Shown here: one piece after another, positions 21,601 to 29,943 of the stretch
Position numbering within the stretch: position 1 is the first letter of the stretch
Layout: each line of letters opens with the position of its first letter
DNA from: a virus
DNA length: 64,000 nucleotides
IMG/VR virus record: IMGVR_UViG_3300042453_001086
Span: 96,001-160,000 of that record
Reading direction: 5' to 3' (one strand)
Translations under genes and position numbers: made by a program
The notes under the pieces: model-generated
Seen by the model: the letters and a program-made list of their open reading frames with translations, nothing else
Told to the model about the DNA's origin: nothing
The model's database searches: none

Positions 21601-24574
21601 AATATGCTGTGTTAATAGTTGAAATCTTTATTGCTTTATCTTGTTGTGATTGAATAGATGTAATAGATTTTCCTTCTACTTCTTTTACGACGGATGATAT
21701 TTCTTTCGTGAAATCTTGATCTGCGTAATCAAATACGATTTTATTTCCAGGACTAAAAATAGCATTTGAATCTACGCATTCAATTTCACTAATCGTACCA
21801 GTATTGATTTCTTCAATAACTGCTTCTATTGGTTCTCCATTCTGTGAAATGCCATCAGTTTTTATTCTTTTGATATTTCTTGGAATATCCAGTTGAGTTA
21901 TTTTTTTGTAGTTTGAATCTACAGGAACTCCATAAAACTTATCACCAAGTAGATATGGATATATTGGATTTTGATTTTCACCAATAGTGATGAAATATGC
22001 ATATGTTCCTTCTGGATATTCAGGAGTAACACAGTACCTTCCGTTATTTTCGTCCAAACTACCAGATCTATGAATATATTCATAGTCTTCTACGAAATAT
22101 CCCAATGGATATGTTAATGTCGATGGTCCAAATGGTCTAGAGCTTTTCAGTGAATATGAACTGGACATTCTAACAATAGAAGAACTCTTGTTCACTGGAT
22201 TTGAATATCCATATGCACCATAAATGGGGTATCCATCAAAAGCAAACCCAATAATAGGAGAATGTCTCAATACATTAGGTACAATATAATTTGAGTCTAT
22301 ATTATCATTCAGTTGAACTCTGAGACCCTTTGGATTTGCTAAGTAAGAATATCCATATCCAATACCCTCTTTTTTATTTAAAAAGTAATATCCATTGTGA
22401 TCATCAACAGATGACTGATATTTGTAGAAACGGTTTCTTGTCCAAGTTCTTACATTAGAAATAGCAGTAGCTCCGCTACCAACAGACTCTAACGTTACTG
22501 TAGTTTCTTCTGGATTATAATCTCTACCTTCATTTATTTTTTTAAACCCAACTATTTTGCCGTCATCAGATATTTGTGAAATGTACTCTGCATACTTTCC
22601 TTTTCCAGAAGCGTCCCTGATAAAAACTTTGGGTGGAGTTGAATAATACTCACCTGGATTATCAATCTGTATGGATGTTATTTTACCACTCGTGATAACA
22701 GGTGATGCAGATGCGTTTCTGCCAGAGGTAATAGTTACTACAGGAACAGGTGGGAAAAATCCTGCACCAGGATTTACAACTTCGATAGTTTCTACAACTT
22801 CTCCAGATAAAACAGCTCGTGCATCAGCTACACCTATACCAGTACTATCTTCTACTAAAACAAATGGTGGATCTAAGTAACCAGATCCTTGATTAGTTAC
22901 AAAAATTTCTTGTATTTCGCCAAAAACGATTTGTTCTTCATCTTTGTGACTCATGATAGTCACGCCATTGAGAAGAACTCCAGTTTCATGACTTCCGATA
23001 GTAGTTACATCAGTGCTTACGGAAGACTGTTTTTTGATTATCTTTAAATGTTTTTGATCATCTAACTCTACATTCCAAAAACTCTCTCCAATACTATGGG
23101 ATGGATATCCAGAAGATGTAATGTAAAAATACTGCGAATCTTCAAAAACAGCAGAAACATCAGATATTACTCTAGATAAATCATTTGCAATACTGGTATT
23201 TGACGAAGAAGGAGCAGCAAGAGACTCATTTATTCTCCACCTAATACTACCAGTATTTTTATCGATTACTTTAACATCAGATACAATACTACCAGAAGAA
23301 GTTACTTGTATTCTGTCATTTTCAGATAAATAAGGAACATTTTCTTTAATATCTAAGTTATAAACTACACCAAGAGGAACGGCGGAAAATGTTTGAATAT
23401 TTCCAGAAATATCTTCGTAATCAGCAGTAATCAAAGTTTCATCATATACTAAGCTTTTTTCTGTATGGTAAACTGGAGAAAGTCTTGTGAGAGATTGAAA
23501 CTGATTTACATTTTTGTTTTCAAAAGTTATCTTTTCGTTATCAATGAAAAAACTACCAAAATTTTCCCAACCAAGAGTAGAGAACACATTAATGATATTA
23601 GTTTCTGTGCTCAGCACTTCATCAGTTAAGTAAGTTTGTGACGCAATCTCAAACTCACCGACTATAGTATTTGTTGCTAGTACAATCTCATAAAATCCTT
23701 CACCAATATCAATGATATTATCAATCACACCAAATGATTGTACTTCGTCAGAAAAACGTTTTTTCTGAATCAACTTTGTTCCAACGATACGATTTGTATC
23801 ACCAGATAAAACTCTAACTTTTAGACCGTATTTTGAGATCCAAGTACCATTAGATGATTTAAATGTGAAATCTTTTGGATAATATACAGAAGGAACATCA
23901 TTAGGCTCCTTTGCAACAATTGCATTAAAAATAAACTGTACTGATTTTTCTGTTCCTTTTACTTTATAAAAATCTTTGATGTTTTTTATAATCAGATTTT
24001 TATTTACAGAAGATTTCAGACTTGATTCGGGGAAAGATCCCAAATATTCTTTTTCAAAATTTTTGACTAATGCGTATAAAAATAGGTTACTGATGTTTTT
24101 TACAATAGAACCAAAAGAAATAGCATCAGTGCTATTTCCAGAATCTTTATAATCTACATCTGTGTTTGTACTCTCGGCATACAAATCGCCAAGATTAGTA
24201 GTTGCGTTGATATTTCTATAGCAATCTAGAAATACATTTCCTTGTTTTTCTTTATAGAAGATTGCTTCGTCATTGATTAAAATATACCCATTGGCATCTG
24301 GAAACGAAGAAGCATCTTCAACCGTAATGCTAATACTGTTGTTCTGCTGAGATAATGAAACAAAAACCGTAGATTCTGTTAGACTCTCTTTATCATACGA
24401 GTCTACATCACGATATTTGTCTAAGTTATTAATAATATGTATGGGGTTGCCTGGCAACTCAAGATACTCATAGTATTTCTGCAAAAAAGCAGAAAATCTA
24501 GGATATTCTGTGTTGATAAATGCTGGTAGCTGATGATCTATCAGGTATGAAAGATTGCGTATCTTTGATGCCAT
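15620..24574 (-). CDS. gp7: Baseplate wedge initiator gp7 (2984 aa)
   Basis: QLPAFI..FLQKYYEYLE, HSPIIGFAFDGYPIYG, DSYFYQDYSYVI, HPAGF motifs; lies between gp6 and gp8. Confidence 0.88.
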   Translation of the reverse strand: MASKIRNLSYLIDHQLPAFINTEYPRFSAFLQKYYEYLELPGNPIHIINNLDKYRDVDSYDKESLTESTVFVSLSQQNNSISITVEDASSFPDANGYILINDEAIFYKEKQGNVFLDCYRNINATTNLGDLYAESTNTDVDYKDSGNSTDAISFGSIVKNISNLFLYALVKNFEKEYLGSFPESSLKSSVNKNLIIKNIKDFYKVKGTEKSVQFIFNAIVAKEPNDVPSVYYPKDFTFKSSNGTWISKYGLKVRVLSGDTNRIVGTKLIQKKRFSDEVQSFGVIDNIIDIGEGFYEIVLATNTIVGEFEIASQTYLTDEVLSTETNIINVFSTLGWENFGSFFIDNEKITFENKNVNQFQSLTRLSPVYHTEKSLVYDETLITADYEDISGNIQTFSAVPLGVVYNLDIKENVPYLSENDRIQVTSSGSIVSDVKVIDKNTGSIRWRINESLAAPSSSNTSIANDLSRVISDVSAVFEDSQYFYITSSGYPSHSIGESFWNVELDDQKHLKIIKKQSSVSTDVTTIGSHETGVLLNGVTIMSHKDEEQIVFGEIQEIFVTNQGSGYLDPPFVLVEDSTGIGVADARAVLSGEVVETIEVVNPGAGFFPPVPVVTITSGRNASASPVITSGKITSIQIDNPGEYYSTPPKVFIRDASGKGKYAEYISQISDDGKIVGFKKINEGRDYNPEETTVTLESVGSGATAISNVRTWTRNRFYKYQSSVDDHNGYYFLNKKEGIGYGYSYLANPKGLRVQLNDNIDSNYIVPNVLRHSPIIGFAFDGYPIYGAYGYSNPVNKSSSIVRMSSSYSLKSSRPFGPSTLTYPLGYFVEDYEYIHRSGSLDENNGRYCVTPEYPEGTYAYFITIGENQNPIYPYLLGDKFYGVPVDSNYKKITQLDIPRNIKRIKTDGISQNGEPIEAVIEEINTGTISEIECVDSNAIFSPGNKIVFDYADQDFTKEISSVVKEVEGKSITSIQSQQDKAIKISTINTAYLFADSTLYQENTNAYGTVLGNVINDTNIVLKEVNGTFTSTDKLFSNIVVASLLLDRSSSFASGSIVTLSNGKQAGVEKVENNKVVLARNPFENGERVIFTKSFSNILLDTPYFVVNAEATTFQVSQTENGTPVSLSTVLTPPGSLILSEQAKGEVLQSLIDGNTLIVKVLRGEFIVDQEYLIRSSNVFDTSNSKISVIRYLHNNIEISEINDKIAIVTTDENHLLTEGDTVIVDINPNDTQTTTTYQVRRRIYQKVKLPSLNITKNIKDSGVGSLKLLNGGGYYVYDQNGNANPEGDYANGGNASYNNVELIFADQSLCRQLEGKILVGSPNNENNAKATVNITNGIVTSVVITSKGKNYKKGDILTINASAIGRPINSSNTRSFLGEVDHVGLHLSNTKVFLTDVESLSVNDTIKINDELMKVLTINANESSVTVERSVDDTILQNHSDLSVVTVNQSAFTLNQGYRVGFQTGSPFVNVYDKKTQTLEVYFDINIPLSAINKLMSDMTFFDQSSPAKIVTVSDIIEEPSYRFEFSLDGINWIKNPVIDAQTYYTYKFTTDHFSMIGSSLEFSPSGNYNIIANNVTKNNILPGYPGSYLIIKTGYGEQLDPNNTSTKKPVEYGNYFYFDKSGLTVTDNGFVKLVPDPLQGSKVVTYVTDTSFVYDLNTVPLYDGSGFMKYITSSRTAVGKIKSVNITNSGSGFSLLPTVVGVAPNSAYECVVDVNWSSVSKNVASLIITNPGKGYVNPIAVVTNGDGRFASFKITTDNNGSIASIVVENRGVDYTFKPEVKIIESDVEMYCYSNDIGTIKSLKISNNGKSFNNDKSIQRSFYTPAFLILKDFDGGFLENETIIQYDGEIEVARGLVSKLGWKSGSNILKVENIDGTFISGLSIIGSIRKSEAIVSKVFRGTLEPNIKSYYNNIGYYSSDRSKLGSLSQRLADSYFYQDYSYVIESNSQINDWRNTIKETTHPAGFISFGELNIISTGNASFIQNPTSISSVRLLQLWDDESLDRRVTLQSSTTKVTEIIAQTTNINQFRGKGSIVPLQYDSSETLSYDFYLTPDFNGYFDANGNRSGTKTFTMKLRSSNLPLNVSNVHNLIVTLDGILQEPGLAYTVSGTQITFSQAPLGYRDVFGDPISLSQYREGVDTKSQFFIGRYVGFKDSQLNTQYFKKIKSISTQFNGVQTEFDLYYEDNTPVVLDANDNLFVSLDGVLQVPGVTPLIPLKRSYYIRKTVTPNVIVFTEPPLIQEGVPQSFFAYRVGNYLPLGIDQYLIESKKTGPFILRSVVDRKSVFIDDDRNLFVFVDNVLQRRLKSYDVNGSTITFKESLKPDSKIDIVYLYGRDFQKFATAFGFEDTPFFNRYNITVNAFQVDLNYGYGQYVNAVIDAVDEQFNVISSGRVAKISKENTNYVITVESSINKKIESGYALIVRQIRGNYGDIDVYISDFKVLSVDEFRENDQTLEIIDKSKPGWLQGTSLKPIYDDNIEVDDLIKIDGEEDFRTVRSTPTEAYKTQYRDNDDVNTSYYGKIEVSSYNKPQRGEGLTILPEVDTDPTSPTYGQIISLTWNKKDYNDYVQTKVFPQPNAYGYEDLPELMFVPQPVLDEGGSITSPSQGGGARAFAILHNGEVIDLVLLSGGSGYLTPPKVYVTYGYDILKSEKNLTTAYFKLGLETYLVPGLKLSNTVTVIIPTLKPNIYNTSIPFVSPLSTAHLGTNIIQPKVDTGNEFGWKETRVNVIMNLSADISSYSDIYSIIRIHLETPLQDVTSISSYETSCIKTANIISGAVDSYGDENYSVEYTQYQLGAPLGYYDFNGLQNAAVGYNTSSALTLEMLENAHPTLTIEDFEINSESNYSQSKEYWMFGRDSVTEYGAFLGISINETDSVVYISGENNPTTPFPDSGALLIGDEVVFYASKLSDRFLNITRGMNGTMPQQHTAGDYLRTFTEDMEFYFTTIIDSVSYSLPGYFYTFQNTYSDITTNLVLTRTGSFVVE

Positions 24575-24579
24575 TTAAC

Positions 24580-26382
24580 TTACTCTTGGATAGCAGTAAT
24601 AGTACTCTTGTCAATATCAACATCTAAGAAGATTTCTCTCTTAGCAATAATATCATTGAATCTTGGTTTTACTCGTATTTCTATCTTGTTATCTGAAAAT
24701 GATCCTTGTATGATAGTAAGATCATTGATTTTTATTTCACCTTTCAAATAATCAACACTTCCTTGATTGCTATTCAAAACTATTTTATCGTTAGTTTGTG
24801 AATCAAGTCGGTATAAAACAATAACACCATTTCTATCTTCAAGATAACAAATATATGAAGGATATTTTTGAACAACAAACCCAGTAGAAACAATAGAAGG
24901 TGTTTCTGCATCATATTCAAACTGATTACTAAAACACAACTCATAATATGTTGAGTTATTTAATGAAGGATAAAAATCCTTTCTCATCTTAACGGAAGTT
25001 AGGTTAGATTTTATGGATCTATCAGAGTTATCTATTACGGAAGTGAACTTACTATATCTAAACTTTCCCCCAAACTTTTCGGTATCACTAGATAAACTGT
25101 AACTAGTGATATTGTTTATCACTTTAGTTTTAATATCATCTGGAGTTAATGTAGTTGCATTTAGAGAATAAAACACTCTACTATTTAACTCTATAAAAAT
25201 TATTGATGGATCTACAATCTCTGGAGTAACTGATCCGACAGAATATTTTTTAAGTTCTTCAATGATTAATCTTTTTGAATAAGAAGACAGGAAAGAGAGA
25301 TTTCTTGGTTTAATCGCTATCTTTACTTTTCCATATTCTGGGGGATCTGCTTCTTCTCCTCCGTATGTTATGACATCTGCCGCAGCTGGATAAACTCTTC
25401 TTATTATAGATGTGTAATCTGATGATGTCACCGCTCTATTTTGAGTGCCATACATCGCAGGAGCATTGACTTTAATACTATCAATACTTTCGATATCACT
25501 GCCACCAAAAGATTTGACTAATAAAGTAATATTTTCAACTCCCGTTAAAAATGTACTAGAACCGTTAGAAGTATCAACTAATACTCCATTAAAAGTAAAG
25601 TTTGATGCATTATTTGTAGATGGACCATTGCAGACCAGATAAGAAACTTCGACAACTTGCCCAACCTGTAGTTTTTTACCAAATATACCATCCCCAAATA
25701 CAATTTTGTAGTTCTCGTCTTCTATCTCATTAACATAAAAAACGGCAGATGTCGGAGAAACATTTAATATATTATCAGTTAAAACGTATTTTTCAAAAGT
25801 ACTTGAACTTCCGCTTTCAAATACTTTGATAGTAAGGTTGCTAATATCTATTCCTGGGTTAGATAAAACTATGGAAGTATTTTCTTGAGTTACTGGATAT
25901 CTATCAGTTACTAAAGAACCTTCATATATTTTAACATTTGAGAAAGTTACCTGATTTTCACTGTTTACTGGAGCAGTGATATCTTCTAAAACGTTATATT
26001 GATATAAAGAATCATTTACTATAGTTAAAAACGCCAATCCTTTCTTCAGCGTTATACTATTGGGAGTATTAGCTCCATTAACAGAAAATGTTATGTTTAA
26101 AGCGGCAGACGAAGCAACAGCAGATCTAGGAGTATATCCTAGTTGCTTTGCCAAAGAAACAACGTTATCACGAAGAGTAGCGGAATCGAGAAACATCTCG
26201 TTCGCAATCATGTTGGCATTAAATGCCGTGTAATAGGTATTATACGCCAATAAATCAATAATATGACCTAAAGCGGAACCTTCGAAGTCATAATCAGTAA
26301 AATCCGAGTTAGCCCTCAGATAATCTCTGAGGGCAGCTTTTATATCAAAGTAATCTAGATTTGTAAGTTGATTGTATGGCAT
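24580..26382 (-). CDS. gp6: Baseplate wedge subunit gp6
   Basis: LDYFDIK..DYDFEGS..LAYNTYY, QNRAVTSSDY, FGGKFRYSKF. Confidence 0.93.
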   Translation of the reverse strand: MPYNQLTNLDYFDIKAALRDYLRANSDFTDYDFEGSALGHIIDLLAYNTYYTAFNANMIANEMFLDSATLRDNVVSLAKQLGYTPRSAVASSAALNITFSVNGANTPNSITLKKGLAFLTIVNDSLYQYNVLEDITAPVNSENQVTFSNVKIYEGSLVTDRYPVTQENTSIVLSNPGIDISNLTIKVFESGSSSTFEKYVLTDNILNVSPTSAVFYVNEIEDENYKIVFGDGIFGKKLQVGQVVEVSYLVCNGPSTNNASNFTFNGVLVDTSNGSSTFLTGVENITLLVKSFGGSDIESIDSIKVNAPAMYGTQNRAVTSSDYTSIIRRVYPAAADVITYGGEEADPPEYGKVKIAIKPRNLSFLSSYSKRLIIEELKKYSVGSVTPEIVDPSIIFIELNSRVFYSLNATTLTPDDIKTKVINNITSYSLSSDTEKFGGKFRYSKFTSVIDNSDRSIKSNLTSVKMRKDFYPSLNNSTYYELCFSNQFEYDAETPSIVSTGFVVQKYPSYICYLEDRNGVIVLYRLDSQTNDKIVLNSNQGSVDYLKGEIKINDLTIIQGSFSDNKIEIRVKPRFNDIIAKREIFLDVDIDKSTITAIQE

Positions 26383-26383
26383 T

Positions 26384-26779
26384 TTATGCTCTTGTTCTCT
26401 CTAGAGTAAGCTGAATAGTATCAAGTTTTTCAGGTAATCCAATAACAGAGTACTCAATCTCTATATCGTAAGCATTATTATCGTAATCTTCATTCACTAA
26501 AACATTCTTTAAGTCAACTCTAGGCTCAAAAGCACGAATAGTATATTCAATTTCGGATTTGATACTTGATGATGTAATGAAATCCATTGGTTCAAAGAGT
26601 AAAGTGTAGATTTTACTCCCGATATTTGGATTGAAAAATCTTTCGCCAGGGACTGTAAGGATTAAACTCATGACAGAATTTTTAATCGCATTAAAATCCT
26701 TCACTATAAGTAGATCATCAGTAACAGGATGCTTACCGAAAGTAATATTAATATCTCGGAATGCTCTGCTGACTGGCAT
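26384..26779 (-). CDS. gp25: Baseplate wedge subunit gp25
   Basis: AIKNSVMSLILTVPGERFFNPNIGS, FEPRV motifs. Confidence 0.93.
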   Translation of the reverse strand: MPVSRAFRDINITFGKHPVTDDLLIVKDFNAIKNSVMSLILTVPGERFFNPNIGSKIYTLLFEPMDFITSSSIKSEIEYTIRAFEPRVDLKNVLVNEDYDNNAYDIEIEYSVIGLPEKLDTIQLTLERTRA

Positions 26780-26789
26780 AAAAAGACCG

Positions 26790-26809
26790 TATTTATAGTA
26801 TTATTTATA
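26790..26809 (-). promoter_or_regulatory. Two tandem T4-type late promoters TATAAATA
   Basis: Exact motifs at 26790-26797 and 26802-26809 directly upstream of gp25. Confidence 0.8.
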
Positions 26810-26993
26810 CCCACCACTCCACATAATCATCAAATCCTTCTTTACCACCGCAGTGTTTTTCCAGTCTATTCTTTGGGGGTTCGTTTTTCTTTAATTTTGT
26901 CGGAGACAACGCACCATAATCGGTGATTAGGCGAGTTGTGCCCCAATTTTTCTGCATGTAATCCGTATCTCGGTCTACTTGGTACTTAGCCAT
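26805..26993 (-). CDS. Conserved hypothetical protein
   Basis: 62-aa ORF (WGTTRLITDY..FDDYVEWW) in the operon upstream of gp25. Confidence 0.75.
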   Translation of the reverse strand: MAKYQVDRDTDYMQKNWGTTRLITDYGALSPTKLKKNEPPKNRLEKHCGGKEGFDDYVEWWV

Positions 26994-27029
26994 CTGTTTT
27001 TCTCCTAAAATGAGTGAAAACAGAACTTT

Positions 27030-27254
27030 TTACGGGGTTGCTATCCCGAATTTTTCAATATTTTCGCGCCTAAATGTGATATTTTTCTGTATTCTAACAT
27101 CAGAGTTGCGAAAGGTCCAGCAATATCCTCCCTCATCCAAGAAAACTACCCATTCTAGGTCATGTTCTTGACTTCTATCGATTAAAAAAAATGCCCATCC
27201 AGACCCCTTGGGAGTCAGGACGGGTATTTGGGGGTCAAGTTGGAGCATTGACAT
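27030..27254 (-). CDS. Conserved phage hypothetical protein
   Basis: MLQLDPQIPVLTPKG..LIDRSQEHDLEWVVFLD pattern. Confidence 0.75.
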   Translation of the reverse strand: MSMLQLDPQIPVLTPKGSGWAFFLIDRSQEHDLEWVVFLDEGGYCWTFRNSDVRIQKNITFRRENIEKFGIATP

Positions 27255-27263
27255 GTACTCAGA

Positions 27264-27449
27264 TCATGCTGGGACTTCTGGATTGGTGTCTGGGTGAATC
27301 TGACGGTTTGCATTTCTGCCTGCAACCCATCCAAACACTCTAGGAGTTACCTCGTTTTCGGGTACTTCTTCCCATGCTTCGTTTTCTGGGGTATTTGGAT
27401 CGTCAGCAACGAATGTTCCATCTTCGTTCCTTGCGCGTCTTTTAGCCAT
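27264..27449 (-). CDS. Small phage protein
   Basis: RARNEDGTFVADDPNTPENEAW motif; start overlaps the upstream stop. Confidence 0.75.
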   Translation of the reverse strand: MAKRRARNEDGTFVADDPNTPENEAWEEVPENEVTPRVFGWVAGRNANRQIHPDTNPEVPA

Positions 27450-27588
27450 TTCCTTGTCCTCTGTAACGTTTTTTACGACCGTTGCGACTAGATGCCGCTA
27501 GGTTTGTGTTTTTTGAGCGACCCTGGCGAGTACACTTGGGTTTGCCAGGAACATAACTAGACTTATTAAAACTAGGTGCTTTTGCCAT
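27442..27588 (-). CDS. Small basic protein (48 aa, not in ORF track)
   Basis: Translated by hand: MAKAPSFNKSSYVPGKPKCTRQGRSKNTNLAASSRNGRKKRYRGQGNG; ATAAATA upstream. Confidence 0.75.
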   Translation of the reverse strand: MAKAPSFNKSSYVPGKPKCTRQGRSKNTNLAASSRNGRKKRYRGQGNG

Positions 27589-27593
27589 AATCT

Positions 27594-27600
27594 TATTTAT
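27594..27600 (-). promoter_or_regulatory. Late promoter core ATAAATA
   Basis: Located between PAAR stop and the 27588 start. Confidence 0.6.
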
Positions 27601-27605
27601 GAAAA

Positions 27606-27995
27606 TTAAATGGATACAAGAGGTATTGCTGGTAAATCAGAGACATTGACGGTGAACGCTCCTGCTCTTAGCGTCCCAGCAGGCGCTAGAGGTGCGGGGT
27701 AAAACGTTTTAGGAGCACGTATTGCATCGCCAACTCTACCCATGGGTTGACCATTACACCAAACATTTGGGCAACCTTCCGCAACTTCATCATTATGGGG
27801 AGGTCTAATCGCCAAACTTACCACATCAGTGGGAATGTCATGAACGATAAACTTACTTCCTGCTGGTATAGCAGGTCTACCCTCAATAAAGACGTTGAGA
27901 GAAAAACCAACGCCAGGAATAGGCACTGATCCTGTTGGTGTAAACATAGTGTGATTACACATGTTTGATGGGTGGAGAACCGCTGGTTTTGCCAT
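27606..27995 (-). CDS. PAAR spike-tip protein (gp5.4-like)
   Basis: NVFIEGRPA, NVWCNGQPMGRVGD repeats; Cys/His metal ligands. Confidence 0.88.
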   Translation of the reverse strand: MAKPAVLHPSNMCNHTMFTPTGSVPIPGVGFSLNVFIEGRPAIPAGSKFIVHDIPTDVVSLAIRPPHNDEVAEGCPNVWCNGQPMGRVGDAIRAPKTFYPAPLAPAGTLRAGAFTVNVSDLPAIPLVSI

Positions 27996-28002
27996 TATAG
28001 TA

Positions 28003-29103
28003 CTATTCTAGTTGAAAGTCAACACTGTCCTCATCTAAGAAGGGGCAAGTGTCTTGTTTGGGATTCTGAAATCTTTGAGCCCACTTAAGACGTTCTGTTC
28101 CAACGTCCTGATTATATTTAACAGTCATTGTACCAAAAAAGTTATTAGTTGTTATCGGACTAATATCAACGTTTGTTGTGGTCTGAAAGTAGAAATAGTA
28201 TCTCAAACTACCTATCTCAGAAGGTTTATACTGTAAAATACTTGTAGCACCTTTGATAAACTGTTCTATTATAGGAGCATCAATCTTACTCGCTAACCCA
28301 ATATTTGGTTGGTAGAATAAATCAGGAGTCCAATTTCTAAATGGAATCCAGTTAAATGGAGTTAACTCTAAAGGAGGAATAGCATATGTTAATGGATTCT
28401 GAAAATATGCACCAAAAGCATCAAGCTTGATTCTAAATGGGCCCCATTGAGTAATCCACTCACGATCAAAGAAGTTTCTCTCCGTAAAGTAACCTTGTAC
28501 TTTATAAGTAAAACTTTCTCCAGCAGTATCTTCTGGAGTTGAAAAACTAGGTTGACTGATAGATGTATAATCACCCAAAGGATTTGATGCAGTTAATGAT
28601 ACTATAGGACTGGCACCATATACATGTGGTTCTTGTAATGCACCAATCCTCCAAATAGGTAATCCCAACGGATTTAACTTCAATCCTTTTAGTTTAGGAT
28701 TGCCTGCTTGCCAATCTACTTGCAACTTACCATCTGTAGGTAACGGAGATTCAAACTCACAACATAACAAACGACACCGTACCCCAGTTATAACTGGTAC
28801 TCCATTGGGTCCGTATAACTGCGCCGCCGCTAACCAATCCAGCTCATCAACTTCAAATGTAATCGGCACAGTAAATATATCGTAGGTACTGACATACGGT
28901 TGAATAGGATTGTCGGAGTACTTCCTGTTTTCAATCAACTTCCTAGGATTCAGAAGGTTCGGACGCATCTGAAACTGCGGAACATTAAAAAATGGCAGAG
29001 GAAAGTCAGGTGGTTGATAACCAGGAGGGATTCTACCTGCTAACGAAAAATCGGCAAATGGATACGCTGTATTGTAGTTAGTTATTGGACTGACTGTTAC
29101 CAT
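28003..29103 (-). CDS. Hypothetical (probably virion) protein, 366 aa
   Basis: Long ORF directly upstream of PAAR; no family recognised. Confidence 0.7.
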   Translation of the reverse strand: MVTVSPITNYNTAYPFADFSLAGRIPPGYQPPDFPLPFFNVPQFQMRPNLLNPRKLIENRKYSDNPIQPYVSTYDIFTVPITFEVDELDWLAAAQLYGPNGVPVITGVRCRLLCCEFESPLPTDGKLQVDWQAGNPKLKGLKLNPLGLPIWRIGALQEPHVYGASPIVSLTASNPLGDYTSISQPSFSTPEDTAGESFTYKVQGYFTERNFFDREWITQWGPFRIKLDAFGAYFQNPLTYAIPPLELTPFNWIPFRNWTPDLFYQPNIGLASKIDAPIIEQFIKGATSILQYKPSEIGSLRYYFYFQTTTNVDISPITTNNFFGTMTVKYNQDVGTERLKWAQRFQNPKQDTCPFLDEDSVDFQLE

Positions 29104-29338
29104 CTTTGAGTTTCTCTACTTCGTGATACAGATTATCCAAAGCCTCGTTAAGCTTAGAATACTCCTCTTTGCCTGGTTCTTTATAGTAAATCACGAAAGG
29201 ATCTGGAATCTTGCTGATTCGATTCTCCAAAACTCTCAAACGAGTTTTGATATCCTCGATATCATTCATTACCATCTGAATCTTCTGATCCGTCGTCAAC
29301 CAACTCTGTGAGAAGGGTTTCAAGTTCTGTGTTGTCAT
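29078..29338 (-). CDS. Hypothetical coiled-coil protein
   Basis: Start reassigned to MTTQNLK. Confidence 0.6.
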   Translation of the reverse strand: MTTQNLKPFSQSWLTTDQKIQMVMNDIEDIKTRLRVLENRISKIPDPFVIYYKEPGKEEYSKLNEALDNLYHEVEKLKDGNSQSNN

Positions 29339-29558
29339 CTTGCTTAAAACTCGCTTGATCTTGATAAAGAATCTTACCTGTATTATCAAAAGTCGTCATT
29401 TCAACAGTAGTGTCTGGATCGACTAATCCTTGATAATATTTGTCGGCTTGCTCCATCATGAAGTCTGCGAGGGAATCAAAGTCATCAAACATTTTATTGT
29501 CAATGACTTGACCATCTTTACCAATCAAACGGTATCCGAGTACACTATCTTCACTCAT
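29262..29558 (-). CDS. Hypothetical acidic protein
   Basis: Start MSEDSVLG overlaps the stop of the AbrB-like gene. Confidence 0.65.
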   Translation of the reverse strand: MSEDSVLGYRLIGKDGQVIDNKMFDDFDSLADFMMEQADKYYQGLVDPDTTVEMTTFDNTGKILYQDQASFKQDDNTELETLLTELVDDGSEDSDGNE

Positions 29559-29745
29559 TTTCTTCTCCATCAAAAAACTCATCGACACGCTCAAGTAAGA
29601 CCGTGCCATCTTTGTTCATGTGCCATTCTATCACATCACCCTCTTCCCAACCAACATGCCCTAAAAGCTCGTCAGGAATGGTGAGGTAGTATTCACCAAA
29701 ATCTTCGTTATATTCTACGGTAGATTCGTATACGTTTGCAGTCAT
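29551..29745 (-). CDS. AbrB/MazE/SpoVT-like DNA-binding protein
   Basis: YYLTIPDELLGHVGWEEGDVIEW swapped-hairpin pattern. Confidence 0.75.
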   Translation of the reverse strand: MTANVYESTVEYNEDFGEYYLTIPDELLGHVGWEEGDVIEWHMNKDGTVLLERVDEFFDGEENE

Positions 29746-29775
29746 TGTTATATAATCAGTTTACATTATATATCA

Positions 29776-29943
29776 CTATTGAACCCAGTAAATGTCTTGG
29801 GGCAAAACTCTATTGCTTATGTGATGCATCACTGATGGAAAAACGGTGGAGCTGAACGATATCGTTACAACTCTACCGTGAGTGCTGTGGCATTCTATCT
29901 TTCCTTCGTGTCTGTATATTACCACAGCTCTAAGTCCTTCCAT
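29776..29943 (-). CDS. Hypothetical protein (55 aa, not in track)
   Basis: TGATG overlap with the upstream stop; MEGLRAVVIYRHEGKIECH... Confidence 0.55.
   Translation of the reverse strand: MEGLRAVVIYRHEGKIECHSTHGRVVTISFSSTVFPSVMHHISNRVLPQDIYWVQ

Noticed and set aside
5316-24574. Introns or inteins in the giant VrlC and gp7 genes
   Set aside because: Frames are continuous, and I saw no intein C/S...HN or LAGLIDADG motifs
29833-29860. Hammerhead ribozyme (CTGATGG)
   Set aside because: Core differs from CUGANGA, and there is no correctly placed GAAA/NUH
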